Notes under the pieces: generated by a model
What the model saw: only the letters and a program-made list of their open reading frames with translations
Databases searched by the model: none
Told to the model about the DNA's origin: nothing
Made by a program: the position numbers and the translations under genes
Virus record (IMG/VR): IMGVR_UViG_3300027782_000025
Coordinates: 210,626-274,625 of that record
DNA length: 64,000 nucleotides
Direction: 5' to 3' (one strand)
Part shown: positions 51,101-59,900 of the stretch, one piece after another
Numbering within the stretch: the stretch's first letter is position 1
Layout of the letters: every line of letters starts with the position of its first letter

Positions 51101-54100
51101 AGGTTAATGGTTTGGGGAAATAATTATTACAATGCGCTTTCTTTAGCCTTGGTAAATAAAATAAGCACACCACAAATATCAAGGCCAGACAATATGTATG
51201 ATCATGTGGCCTTGTCGGCGACATTTTCTATAGCCATCGGTGCTGTCAATTTAACACCTACACCTACGCCTACAATACCAAATGTTTTATATGTAAATGG
51301 TCGCAATATTTATGGTAATTTGGCTACTGGCGATACCATCGGTAGAGGTTCTTTTTATGAAATATTGAGAGATAATGCCAAAGCTGCAGCAGCCTCAGAG
51401 AGTGCTTGCGCTGTTGTAAAATCAGACGGTACATTATGGACAGCGGGAACTAATTTTAATGGCATATTGGGGCAAGGAAGCAACAATATGCTAAAACAAT
51501 ATACATTAATGCAAGTTGGAACAGATACTAATTGGGTGAATGTAGAATCAAACAGCCTCTCCGCGTTTGCAGCATACAAAGAAAATGGTGACATATATGT
51601 CTGGGGCCAGTCAGGTGTACCTGATTTAATACCTTTTAACGCGTCGAATCCGGGAATCTTTACTAGCCCAACACTTGTGGCTCTTGCAGATATTTCAAAA
51701 ATAGTGTATCTATATATAACTGATCTAATAGTTATTAAAGACAATGGGTCTTTATGGGCTCAGGGAAATAATTCTAACGGTAACCTTGGGCTTGGAGCGA
51801 ATGCAACGATTAACACCTTAACTCAAGTTAACGCCGGCCCATTTAAGACTAGTAGAACATCGTACGCCTACAATGGCTCTAATGGCATGTACATCAAAAC
51901 CGACGGAACGTTGTGGGCTACAGGAGCTAATGGCTTACAGACGCCTTGTTCTGGGTTTTTAGGAACAGGCGATACTTCAATCGTAAACGTCTTAACCAAA
52001 ATCGGCACCGACACAAATTGGGATAAAGTCACACTCATCTGGGACTACGGGGCTTATGCGATTAAAACAGATGGTACACTTTGGGGATGTGGCACACAGA
52101 TACTTAATCAAAACAATACTGCGAATTTTGGTTCTTCTTTAACATTTGTTCAGATTGGCACAGACACAGATTGGCATGATTTTGCAGGCACTAGCTATCA
52201 AGAATTATACATTATTAAAAACGATGGTAGTCTGTATGCTGCTGGAAATAATTTACTTAATAATTTTACAGGACCTATTGCTTCGATCAATCGAATTAAC
52301 GATCCGATGACATTTAATTATGTAAGCAGCGGCCTATGGGATAATGGTAACTTCTTTGTCAGCGGCATCCTTGTACCACCAGGCCCAACACCAACGCCAA
52401 CACCGACACCTACGCCAACTGGTTGCGCCATAAGCTCGTTAACCTTGACACAATTAGCGCCCGCTAATTATAATTCCTACGGTATCGCTATAAGCCCTGA
52501 TGATAAAAACATATACACATCTAGCACATCTAGCCCTCCCAATAGTTTACCTATAGTCAATATTTATCAAAGAAATATGTTTAACGGTAGTTTAACGCTA
52601 ATGCAAAATATTTCTACTCTTGTAAATCCTATCTCTATTTGTGTAAGTCCAGATGGAAAGTTTGTTTATACTGTTATTGATATTGATGCTAAGATTTTCA
52701 TCTATTCAAGAAATGCCACGACTGGTGTGCTAACCGATGTGGGATCAGTCGCAACCGAAACTGGTTACTTATATTTAAATACTACTATCCTCCTACAACC
52801 GCGTGAAATGTGCATAAGCCCAGATGGAAAAAACGCTTATGTAATTTGTTCTAGGGGCGATTCCCCAAATAATGCTATGATAGATGTCTTTACCAGAGAC
52901 ATAGTTACAGGTTTATTGACTCATTTTGAAACAGTCGAAGGCGATATAGGACCAAATAGTTATTCAATTTGTATAAGTCCTGATGGCCTTGATGTTTATG
53001 TTACAGATTATGATAGCGTCAATGGGGTACGTCTGTTCTCAAGAAATGCTTCAACAGGCAGCCTGACATTCAATGGGTCCATTGCATCGGGCTTAGATCC
53101 ACATGGAATTATCGTTAGCCCAGACGGTCTTTCCGTCTATGTCACAAGCGTCAATAATGGCGGCCTTAACGATCAAATAAGCATCTATACTAGAGATGCG
53201 GCTACAGGATTACTCACAGACGCGGGCTCAATAGCAACTGGTGATAAGCCATACCAATTATCAATAAGCGATGACGGTTATTCAGTTTATACTGCTAACA
53301 AGACAGGTCAAAAGATCTCGGTCTATTCTAGGGCCTCAGATGGATCGCTCACGGCTGATGGTTCTGTGTCAACCAGCGGCCAATATCCATATCGCAGTGT
53401 AGTGAGCCATGATGGCAAGAATGTTTATATGACGAATCTTGATTCAAATCACATATCTGTGTTTGCAAGAACATGCGGGTCTGCTCCTCCACCAAACACT
53501 AACCTTTTAGTGTCAGGCATGAGGACAAGCAGCATAGAGCTAGGCGTCCCTGCGAGCTATGTGCCTGCAGTTCCTAACAACTACACTTTCTATGGTGTCA
53601 GTAACGTTGCTACTTGGGACGGTGTCTTTGGGAACACAAATGTCTTATTTGCAACTAAAGGTGGCGAATTATGGGCATGTGGTCGAAATAACTTTGGGCA
53701 GCTTGGTATAGGTAATACTACAAATCAAGCTGAATTAGTGCAAGTCGGCAATGGCACCGACTGGAGTTATGTGGTTACATCTGGTGTCAGCACGCTAGCA
53801 TTAAAGACCGATGGTACCTTATGGGGAACAGGTTATAATAGCTTCGGCGAATTAGGTCTTGGTCATACTAACCAAGTTAACACATTCACACAAGTCGGTG
53901 TTGAGACAGACCATAATAATAATATAGCAATGAGTACGACCGGAAGCTCATATGTTTATAGAAGTGGTATACTTTACGCTACTGGCAACAATGCGAATTA
54001 TCAGCTCGGAACAGGTAATACCATTAATTTAAGCACATTTAACGCAATGGATGCGCAAAGTTGGTATAATGGTCCATGGATGATGGCGGCTCTTCCAAGC

Positions 54101-56914
54101 GCATTTATAGCGATCAAAGATGATAATACACTTTGGGGCGTCGGTAAAGGTTACGAACCACCAAGCGGTCAATTATCCGGCTACCATCGCTATGGTGGCG
54201 GTATCGATGCTTACTTTTCTTTTCTTACTCAGATCGGCACCGACACTGATTGGATAAGATGCTTCTCTACTCAATATGGCGCATCATTTGCTATCAAAGA
54301 TGATGGCACTCTTTGGGCGACAGGGTTAAATGCTTTATCGCCATCGCAGAGTTATAGCATACTTGGTTTCAACCCTGCTACAACCATCGGCTTGATGTAC
54401 TATACTCAAGTCGGGACAGATACTGACTGGAATAATATCGTTAGTATGTCGAGCACAATTGGGCTAAAGAGTGATGGGACTGTTTGGGGGATCGGGCAGA
54501 ATCAATACGGCCAATTAGGCCAAGGATCCACAAACGCTGTCGGGCCACTGTTTACTAAATTAAACAATGCGACCGATTGGACCCAAATTGCTCAGATGAA
54601 TTATGGCACTGCCTTGTTGGGCTCCTTGGTGCCTGCTCCGACACCTACTCCAACACCAACACCTACCCCAGCTTCTTATTATGTTTATGGCTCTGGTAGA
54701 AATCAAGACCATCAACTTGGTATAGACACATTTGGTGCTGATTTGAATAACATGACATTGTTGACTAGTGGCAACGCTTCATCAGTCACAATATCGAATA
54801 CTTCTAGTATGCTATTGATGAATGATGGTACGCCAACACCGACACCCACGCCCACACCTACACCCACGCCCACGCCAACGCCATCTGCTAACACAGGTGC
54901 GATTTTTGGTTTTGGTTTAACCTCGAATTCAATGAATGTAAGCATCACTAACTTAGTTAATAGCTCTGGAGTCGTAGCAGCAGATGTTACCTATATCGGA
55001 CTAGTAAGGTCAAGTATAGCGGCTGCAGCTATTGGTGGCGGTAAGGCGATTTTTGCTTATGGTGTAACTGACCAATGGTTACCTATGGTTACATTTAATA
55101 CTGTCACAAATACCGGCGATTTAGAAACAGCACAAGACCTAGTGGGAACACGCAGAAAGAATCTAGCCGCCGCCCCTTATGGTCAAGGTCAAGCAGTATT
55201 TGCCTTTGGTGTAAATGAATCAGCGGTGGCGGTTTCAATTTCTAACAAAGTATCATCGCTCGGTGTTATTGAGACAGATAGCTTCGCTGTAGGAACATCT
55301 AGATCGCTTTTGGCAGCTGCCGGTTATGGTGCAGATAAAGGCATATTTAGTTATGGGCTAACTACTGCCGGGGTTGTAACTGTCACGAATTTGGTAAGCA
55401 ATCTCGGTGATATTATTGTCGACAGTGCCGGCGTCGGTACTGCTCGGTCAGGGCTAGCGGCTTCATCTTATGGCAGCGGTAAAGCGATATTCGGCTTTGG
55501 TAACACACAGGCATATTTATCGATCACCAATTTAATAAACGAAAATGGCGTAGTAGCAACCGATACTGCTGGCGTCGGCACAGAACGTAGTAACCTAGCA
55601 GCAGCCGGCTACGGGTCAGGCAATGCGATCTTTGGTTATGGTTATAGCGGAAGCGGTTCATATGTCTCACTAAGCAATCTGGTTTCGAATGTTGGTGTGG
55701 TAGCTACAGACACTGCTGGCATTGGAATGGCACGAGTAAACTTAGCAGCTGCTAGTCTTTTAGCTGCCCCTACACCTAGCCCAACGCCGACTCCAACGCC
55801 TACACCAACGCCGACTCCAACGCCAACGCCTACACCAACGCCAACATCGACACATTGTTTATCACAGATCCAGAGAATAGCAACTCCCAATGGCATGTTT
55901 GCGCATGGAAATATAGTATCTCGTGACCAAAAATATGTCTATGCTAAAATGTATGGTTCTCAAACCGGCTTTGTCCAAGGTGTGGCTCAATATAAGATTA
56001 CAGCTTTAGGAACATTAGAATATTTATCTTTATACAGTACCGGGGGATGGGATATATATGAGTCGCAATCTGGGACACATGTCTATACTATCGATAACCA
56101 AAACGATACAATAGCGATTCTATCCAGAAATACCACAGATGGCACACTGGGGACACCGACTATATTGGCGACACCATACCCACCTGGTGAATTAATTGGT
56201 TCCGCTGATGGCAAGCACATTTATATAACTAATATCAACCGCGGTCCGGCGCCATATATGGCTAGAATAATGATATATGATATCAATAGCACTAACGGGA
56301 TGTTATCATACAATAACACGATAGATATTCCAGACTCATCACCAATCGCATTTTCAATGACTTTATCGCCAAGTGGTCTATATTTTTATGCTATAACTGG
56401 CGCTCCTTATGGTGTCACTAATGCTGGTAACAAACTAAACGTGTTCATACGGAATACGACCTCTGGGACGCTGATTCTAATCGATGCATTAGATATACCC
56501 GCAAATACCAGCGATATCCTGATATCATCGGATGGTCTATATTTATACACGATGGGCTTCCAGCAAAGTAACGGGATTAATAGTATCGAAATAAATACAT
56601 ATGCCATCGGTATAACAGGCGGTTTGACATCAACTGGGACCACATATGTTATGGAAGCCAACGGTGGTGTTGGTAAAACACAAATGATAGAAGCAACGGA
56701 TGGGACAGCCATCTATTGTACAAGAGGAAAATCTGGGATAGTAATCGATAAAAACCCAACGACAGGCATAATAACCGGAAGCACGGAGATTTTAAACTTA
56801 GTGCTTGGTGGAAGCGTGACTATAGCAGCTAAAAACTCAGATGTTAGATTTATCTATGTCGGTGAATATAGCAATAAGTCTATAGTGACTCTAAGCACGC
56901 TTTGTCCACCATAA
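45149..56914 (+). CDS. 3921-aa giant modular fibre/appendage protein
   Basis: Mtd_N-like anchor, WP...DGG domain, FG-GAP, several RCC1 blocks (DGTLWxxGxNxxGQLG), STDGINW BNR-like block, lactonase-like propellers, DTAGVGTAR repeats, PT linkers. Confidence 0.93.
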   Translation: MSIKIQVRRDTASNWLSVNPILSSGEIGLETDTLRFKYGDGTLKWEDLPYPSIGGGSVQSISAGYGLLGGIITSQGEINVDGNIALDVLSEQALANKAFKNKSGTFTNIFVDNGILNLDLSASNNFIVNFEEDIDSFTTSNNPENGMAFVITLVLNITTGSAVTWPSNIIWPDNVFPTSSAVGTTDIFKLLTIDGGSSFYAYIVGQGYNTNSIPPNFLDEFLSPSDGKPGDGFGISAAISKDGRTAVVGSIYNQYSGAAYVFRRSDNRWLQIAKLLGEDNESAFGTSVAISEYGDVIAVGAPQEGTNDIGAAYIFTEANDSWLNNKIIPEDSADITAKNLVRLFGSSVSLSNDGTLLIVGAPDFDVPDNQNTGAVYVFRSDGPPTPPPPPINNYYIYGTGKNTDCELGLGDKNNRALFTLIKSATPLQIAVGKNYALYIKHDGTLWATGKTGLGLPSDPMNQSYRNFIQLGSDYWLDVKANNKGTTLLINADGSLWGCGYNQDGNLGIGITTNVNDLIMLDDNNWRAISCCSSSSYGIKSDGTLWSWGDNTYGQLGHGDLYPRLYPAEVGVDAGTFGTNVTGGTGGTGGTGGTGGTGGTGGTNPVYTDWVYISQGSSAHHVFAIRNDGTNATQEDGTLWAWGKNNLYQLGLNDTIDRSTPTRVNSEFWIKVEAGTDSSAGITSAGELFVWGYNSYGELGLNDVVVRPIPTRNAFFPAFFSDLSFNGHTLIALDTIGYMYGAGFNYYGQLSQGFFSANDPSNQIRMLTQITKSGGWIIATILDSLIASRDSLLPPPVAGPTPTPVTPTPTPTSTPTPTPTPTPTPTPTPAECATVWTGRTLPGLSIGTIAASPDKIVITTADGGTAAVSTDGINWSLSSIPSTTWVDAMYANNLFLVSGYDAVNVGTQRLISSPDGINWTPIALPIGIAGKMASGNSIYLIFSVWGTSFLRSNDLITWLPGTLPTPIDWICAQVIHNGVYFLATSSNSDTYIISTDGINWTVSSFPSSTSRNWQATTFGLGLFVAINYSANPPLSLTSSDGVTWVSNTMPLVGKYSRVIFGNGFFLALIEESTYGALSYDGRTWSTVTLPYSSSWKNGVYAHDMFIVSDLGNNQNYITSPCKKTPTPTPSGTYTWHYVISGLNTRGQLGLSDIADRDQFIAQSWNTLPVNSNDFPCISHGYDHTMMVKTDGSLYAYGNNDRGQLGLPTSMGAYLNVPVLVSAGPYHTVSCGYKYSIAVAANGDIFATGANESGQLGVGDLTDKMGLTQLVGYKAYIGTDPKVGATPCVATGKTATVMVLLIRMTSGDLIPRYYSWGLNQSGQLGQSNSDYSYQTSTPSEIANLNASTQPAVYGGILNHHFFAIALDSDYNHIFCGWGNNDRGQLGNALINIDNPMLGAVSGWSSDSIKIFNVAIGQSFTAFIAQTGIGSPASLLISGANDRGQIGVPVGNSTNIFTEVPFPVNYTSWDKISAGADFIYATARQTGSRNTFGWGDNTYGQLDGGPTAPNSYISPTLLDARESETLNTNHLGFGFGGYWAYYTDTPSASACAIRLKYNGVSTRIGSNGLSFAVGDVITVAGIGGLGAWSSVDGVYKIKDFDNTNGMIVECVSPGCFNGWNTASGSLAAPIVMGRAITSNGGAVVTSTATTGNVPWEVNFYCNVTPTPTPTPTPTPTPTPTPTPSAGGSAFAAGAAGLISAKLGVITPKFTKFSPDNTSWKFAAVDSFYGAFLIKSDGTLWGSGYNTYGQLGTGTNKTVTDMVQIGTDNDWKFITADAASTIAMKDDGTIYGAGYNDSGTLGLGDRLPRMFFTLINSDTWLTIKTYRHQTVGVRSDGKLFIWGLFSDVFYSSNNINSPPRDVPFELVDAGSGYIKADCGYNTLYAIKSDGSLYGMGENGSAQIMMPPSTIIESMTKLTSSENWVDIAASDQALLLLNDIGEIFSFGIGEVLGTGKRYTPNGLEKIDKDFKYTKVFATTNVAGALKTNKRLMVWGNNYYNALSLALVNKISTPQISRPDNMYDHVALSATFSIAIGAVNLTPTPTPTIPNVLYVNGRNIYGNLATGDTIGRGSFYEILRDNAKAAAASESACAVVKSDGTLWTAGTNFNGILGQGSNNMLKQYTLMQVGTDTNWVNVESNSLSAFAAYKENGDIYVWGQSGVPDLIPFNASNPGIFTSPTLVALADISKIVYLYITDLIVIKDNGSLWAQGNNSNGNLGLGANATINTLTQVNAGPFKTSRTSYAYNGSNGMYIKTDGTLWATGANGLQTPCSGFLGTGDTSIVNVLTKIGTDTNWDKVTLIWDYGAYAIKTDGTLWGCGTQILNQNNTANFGSSLTFVQIGTDTDWHDFAGTSYQELYIIKNDGSLYAAGNNLLNNFTGPIASINRINDPMTFNYVSSGLWDNGNFFVSGILVPPGPTPTPTPTPTPTGCAISSLTLTQLAPANYNSYGIAISPDDKNIYTSSTSSPPNSLPIVNIYQRNMFNGSLTLMQNISTLVNPISICVSPDGKFVYTVIDIDAKIFIYSRNATTGVLTDVGSVATETGYLYLNTTILLQPREMCISPDGKNAYVICSRGDSPNNAMIDVFTRDIVTGLLTHFETVEGDIGPNSYSICISPDGLDVYVTDYDSVNGVRLFSRNASTGSLTFNGSIASGLDPHGIIVSPDGLSVYVTSVNNGGLNDQISIYTRDAATGLLTDAGSIATGDKPYQLSISDDGYSVYTANKTGQKISVYSRASDGSLTADGSVSTSGQYPYRSVVSHDGKNVYMTNLDSNHISVFARTCGSAPPPNTNLLVSGMRTSSIELGVPASYVPAVPNNYTFYGVSNVATWDGVFGNTNVLFATKGGELWACGRNNFGQLGIGNTTNQAELVQVGNGTDWSYVVTSGVSTLALKTDGTLWGTGYNSFGELGLGHTNQVNTFTQVGVETDHNNNIAMSTTGSSYVYRSGILYATGNNANYQLGTGNTINLSTFNAMDAQSWYNGPWMMAALPSAFIAIKDDNTLWGVGKGYEPPSGQLSGYHRYGGGIDAYFSFLTQIGTDTDWIRCFSTQYGASFAIKDDGTLWATGLNALSPSQSYSILGFNPATTIGLMYYTQVGTDTDWNNIVSMSSTIGLKSDGTVWGIGQNQYGQLGQGSTNAVGPLFTKLNNATDWTQIAQMNYGTALLGSLVPAPTPTPTPTPTPASYYVYGSGRNQDHQLGIDTFGADLNNMTLLTSGNASSVTISNTSSMLLMNDGTPTPTPTPTPTPTPTPTPSANTGAIFGFGLTSNSMNVSITNLVNSSGVVAADVTYIGLVRSSIAAAAIGGGKAIFAYGVTDQWLPMVTFNTVTNTGDLETAQDLVGTRRKNLAAAPYGQGQAVFAFGVNESAVAVSISNKVSSLGVIETDSFAVGTSRSLLAAAGYGADKGIFSYGLTTAGVVTVTNLVSNLGDIIVDSAGVGTARSGLAASSYGSGKAIFGFGNTQAYLSITNLINENGVVATDTAGVGTERSNLAAAGYGSGNAIFGYGYSGSGSYVSLSNLVSNVGVVATDTAGIGMARVNLAAASLLAAPTPSPTPTPTPTPTPTPTPTPTPTPTSTHCLSQIQRIATPNGMFAHGNIVSRDQKYVYAKMYGSQTGFVQGVAQYKITALGTLEYLSLYSTGGWDIYESQSGTHVYTIDNQNDTIAILSRNTTDGTLGTPTILATPYPPGELIGSADGKHIYITNINRGPAPYMARIMIYDINSTNGMLSYNNTIDIPDSSPIAFSMTLSPSGLYFYAITGAPYGVTNAGNKLNVFIRNTTSGTLILIDALDIPANTSDILISSDGLYLYTMGFQQSNGINSIEINTYAIGITGGLTSTGTTYVMEANGGVGKTQMIEATDGTAIYCTRGKSGIVIDKNPTTGIITGSTEILNLVLGGSVTIAAKNSDVRFIYVGEYSNKSIVTLSTLCPP
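46889..46951 (+). repeat. In-frame 9-nt tandem repeat (ACTGGCGGC) x7 encoding (Thr-Gly-Gly)7
   Basis: Six perfect units plus one near-perfect unit. Confidence 0.97.
47543..47632 (+). repeat. (Pro-Thr)n linker-encoding repeat
   Basis: CCN-ACN codon pairs. Confidence 0.9.
50129..50188 (+). repeat. (Thr-Pro)n linker-encoding repeat
   Basis: ACN-CCN codon pairs. Confidence 0.9.
54830..54883 (+). repeat. (Thr-Pro)n linker-encoding repeat
   Basis: ACN-CCN codon pairs. Confidence 0.9.
55769..55846 (+). repeat. (Pro-Thr)n linker-encoding repeat
   Basis: CCN-ACN codon pairs. Confidence 0.9.
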
Positions 56915-56953
56915 TTTAATTTTTTTAGATATCAAGATTTAAGCGAGAATACC

Positions 56954-59900
56954 ATGACGACAAGCAACAGTTTATTATTAGCCGGCGGTAATTTTTACGG
57001 CCAGCTAGGAGCATCAAGTACTCTTAAACCAACATTTGAATATTGGGCTTTTTCTAGTAAGTATGGTCCTTGGGCTAAAGCATCAACATCAGACAGCGGT
57101 CATACACTATTGATTAATATTGACCAGACATTGTGGGCGTCAGGGAATAACGAATACGGGCAGCTGGGGATTGGCACCACCGGCGCTGGCTATACACAAT
57201 TTACTAAAATTAATGATACTATACAATGGATGGACGTTGCTACTTCAAACTGGGGTTCTTATGGCCTCAGTACAGTAGGCAATTTATATATTTGGGGAAG
57301 ACAGGCAAGCAATAATTTTAATCCCATTGTTTCCATCACAGAGTTAGTTGTTTTAGATTATGTGGGCGGTAAGGTAAAATTCAAAAGCCTTGCTACCGGC
57401 AGTGGTACAAATCACATGCTTTTGATCGACAATGATGGTCAACTGTGGGGATGGGGTTCAAATACACGAGGACAATTAGGCTTAGGTGATACTTCAGTGC
57501 GCATAAATCCTGTTTTGATAAACGCAAATGAATGGCTATCTGCTGCAGTCGGAGATTCTTTTTCTATAGTATTAAGGAAAGATAACACACCATGGGGCAC
57601 TGGTGCTAATGATAGTTTTCAGTTAGGCCAAGGCTCATTCGACTCAAATGATAAAACAGTCTTGACAGCAATAAATACAACATCATCATCTTCTAAGATC
57701 ATTACCCAAATCGCTGCAGGAACAAAGAGTGCCCTTGCTCTAGACAACACTGGGCAGGTTTATGGCTGGGGTGGTAATACTTATGGCGAATTAGGCCTAG
57801 GACATAATTTAAAAGTGCCTGATGCAGCACTTATCCAGAACCTGCCAGGACCAGCAAGCTATATAGCTATTAAAGACCATTCTATTATAGTAGTAAGCAA
57901 CGAAATGCCAACTCCTACACCATGTGTGGCTGGAGAATTAATTATCGCCGGCACAGTGGCGACGGCCGTTAATGCCTACGATTTAGCGATATCAAGTGAT
58001 CAGAAGAATGTCTATGTGGTTCATTTAACCGGAGACATAATATCTATCTATGATCGAAATATAACCACTGGCGCACTTACAAGTGCAGGGACCATAGCCA
58101 CAGGCGAATCATCTACAGCTGTTATATTATCAAACGACGGTATCAATGTCTATGTGGTTAACTCTGCCGGCCAAACAATTTTTATCTATAATAGGAATTT
58201 AACCACTGGCGCACTTACCAGCGCCGGAACCATAGCGACAGAAGATGCACCAAGAGACATAGTCGCATCAAATGATGGTAAAAACGTCTATGTGGTTAAT
58301 AGTCAAAGCAATACAGTCTCTATTTACGATAGAAATTTAACCACTGGCGCACTTACCAGTGCTGGAACAATAGCCACTGGTGATAGTCCATTTAATATAG
58401 CGATATCAAATGATGACAAGAATGTTTATATAAATGAATCTGCTGATGAATTAGTGATTTATAATAGAGATTTAACCACTGGCTCACTTACCAGCGCTGG
58501 AACCATAGCCACGGAGCAGGGTAGTTGGGGTATAGCGGTGTCTAGCGATGATAAGAATGTTTATGTAGTGAATGGTGCAAATGGTAGTAGCAACACTATC
58601 TCGATCTATATTAGAAATTTATCAACTGGCGCACTTGCCAGCGCTGGTACCATAGCCACTGGTACTGGTTCACTCGGGATAGCTGTACCAAATGATGGCA
58701 AGAATGTCTATGTTGTAAACTCTGTTAGTAACACACTTTCGATTTATAGCAGAAATACTACTACTGGTGCTCTAACAATCGCTAGCACTATAGCCACTGG
58801 TTCAACGCCATACAATGTTATCGTGTCAAGCGATAGCAGACATGTTTATGTATGTAACGAGACGGACGACATAATTTCGGTCTTTACCACATGTGAATCA
58901 ACACCTACTCCAACACCTACTCCAACTCCAACTCCAACTCCAACACCAACACCAACACCAACACCAACACCAACACCAACACCAACACCAACACCATGTG
59001 TTGTTGGAGATTTAATAAGCGCAGGCACGATAGCTACGGGAGAATACCCAGCTAGTTTAGCTCTGTCTATCGATCAAAAGAATATTTATGTTACTGGCAA
59101 CTACGCAATTTCTATTTATAACAGAAATTTAACGACTGGCGCACTTACCAGCGCTGGGACCATAGCCGCAACATCGGGAACAGTTGATATAGTCGCAACG
59201 GTCGACAATATTAGCGTTTATGCTGTTAGTTCTGACAGTAATTCGATATTAATCTATAATAGAGAATTGACTGCTGGGGCACTTACAAACTTTGGAACCA
59301 TTGCTACTGGTACTGGACCGCTGAGCATAACTGCGACGATTGATAATATGAGCGTATTTGCGGCTAATTCTGGAGACGATACGCTTTCGGTATACGACAG
59401 AGATATAACCACCGGCGCACTCACTAATATTGGAACTTTAGCAACTGGAGACACGCCTCGGGACTTGGCAGTATCTAATGACGGGAAGAGCATTTATGTG
59501 ACTAACCAAAATAACAATTTAATATCAATTTATAGCAGAGACTTAGTTACTAGAGTAATCACCAGCATCGGCACTATCGCAGCAGGTAGCGTGCCCTGGG
59601 GTGTAGTAGTATCTAACGATAATGATAATGTTTATGTGGTGAATGGTGGTAGCAACACAATCTCGATCTATAACCGAAACTTAACTACTGGCACACTTAC
59701 TAGCGCTGGAACCATAGCTACAGGCGATAACCCGCTCAAAATAGCTATCTCAAATGATGATACAAAAGTTTATGTGACTAGTTATGGCATAAATTCACTT
59801 TCGATTTATAATAGAAATATAGTCACCGGCGCTTTGACTAGCGTCGGTTTTATAGCCGCCGGCACTACACCATACACAGTAGTAGTATCAAATAATAATA

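Noticed and set aside
42163-56914. Diversity-generating retroelement suggested by Mtd_N-like domains
   Set aside because: No reverse transcriptase in the window. No near-identical TR/VR pair differing at adenines was seen; the paralogous segments I compared differ largely at synonymous positions. A DGR elsewhere in the genome cannot be excluded.
58040-59900. CRISPR-like array of regularly spaced ~40-nt repeats
   Set aside because: The repeats are in-frame codons of propeller blades in a 1309-aa ORF, they are imperfect, the spacers are homologous to one another, and no cas genes are present.
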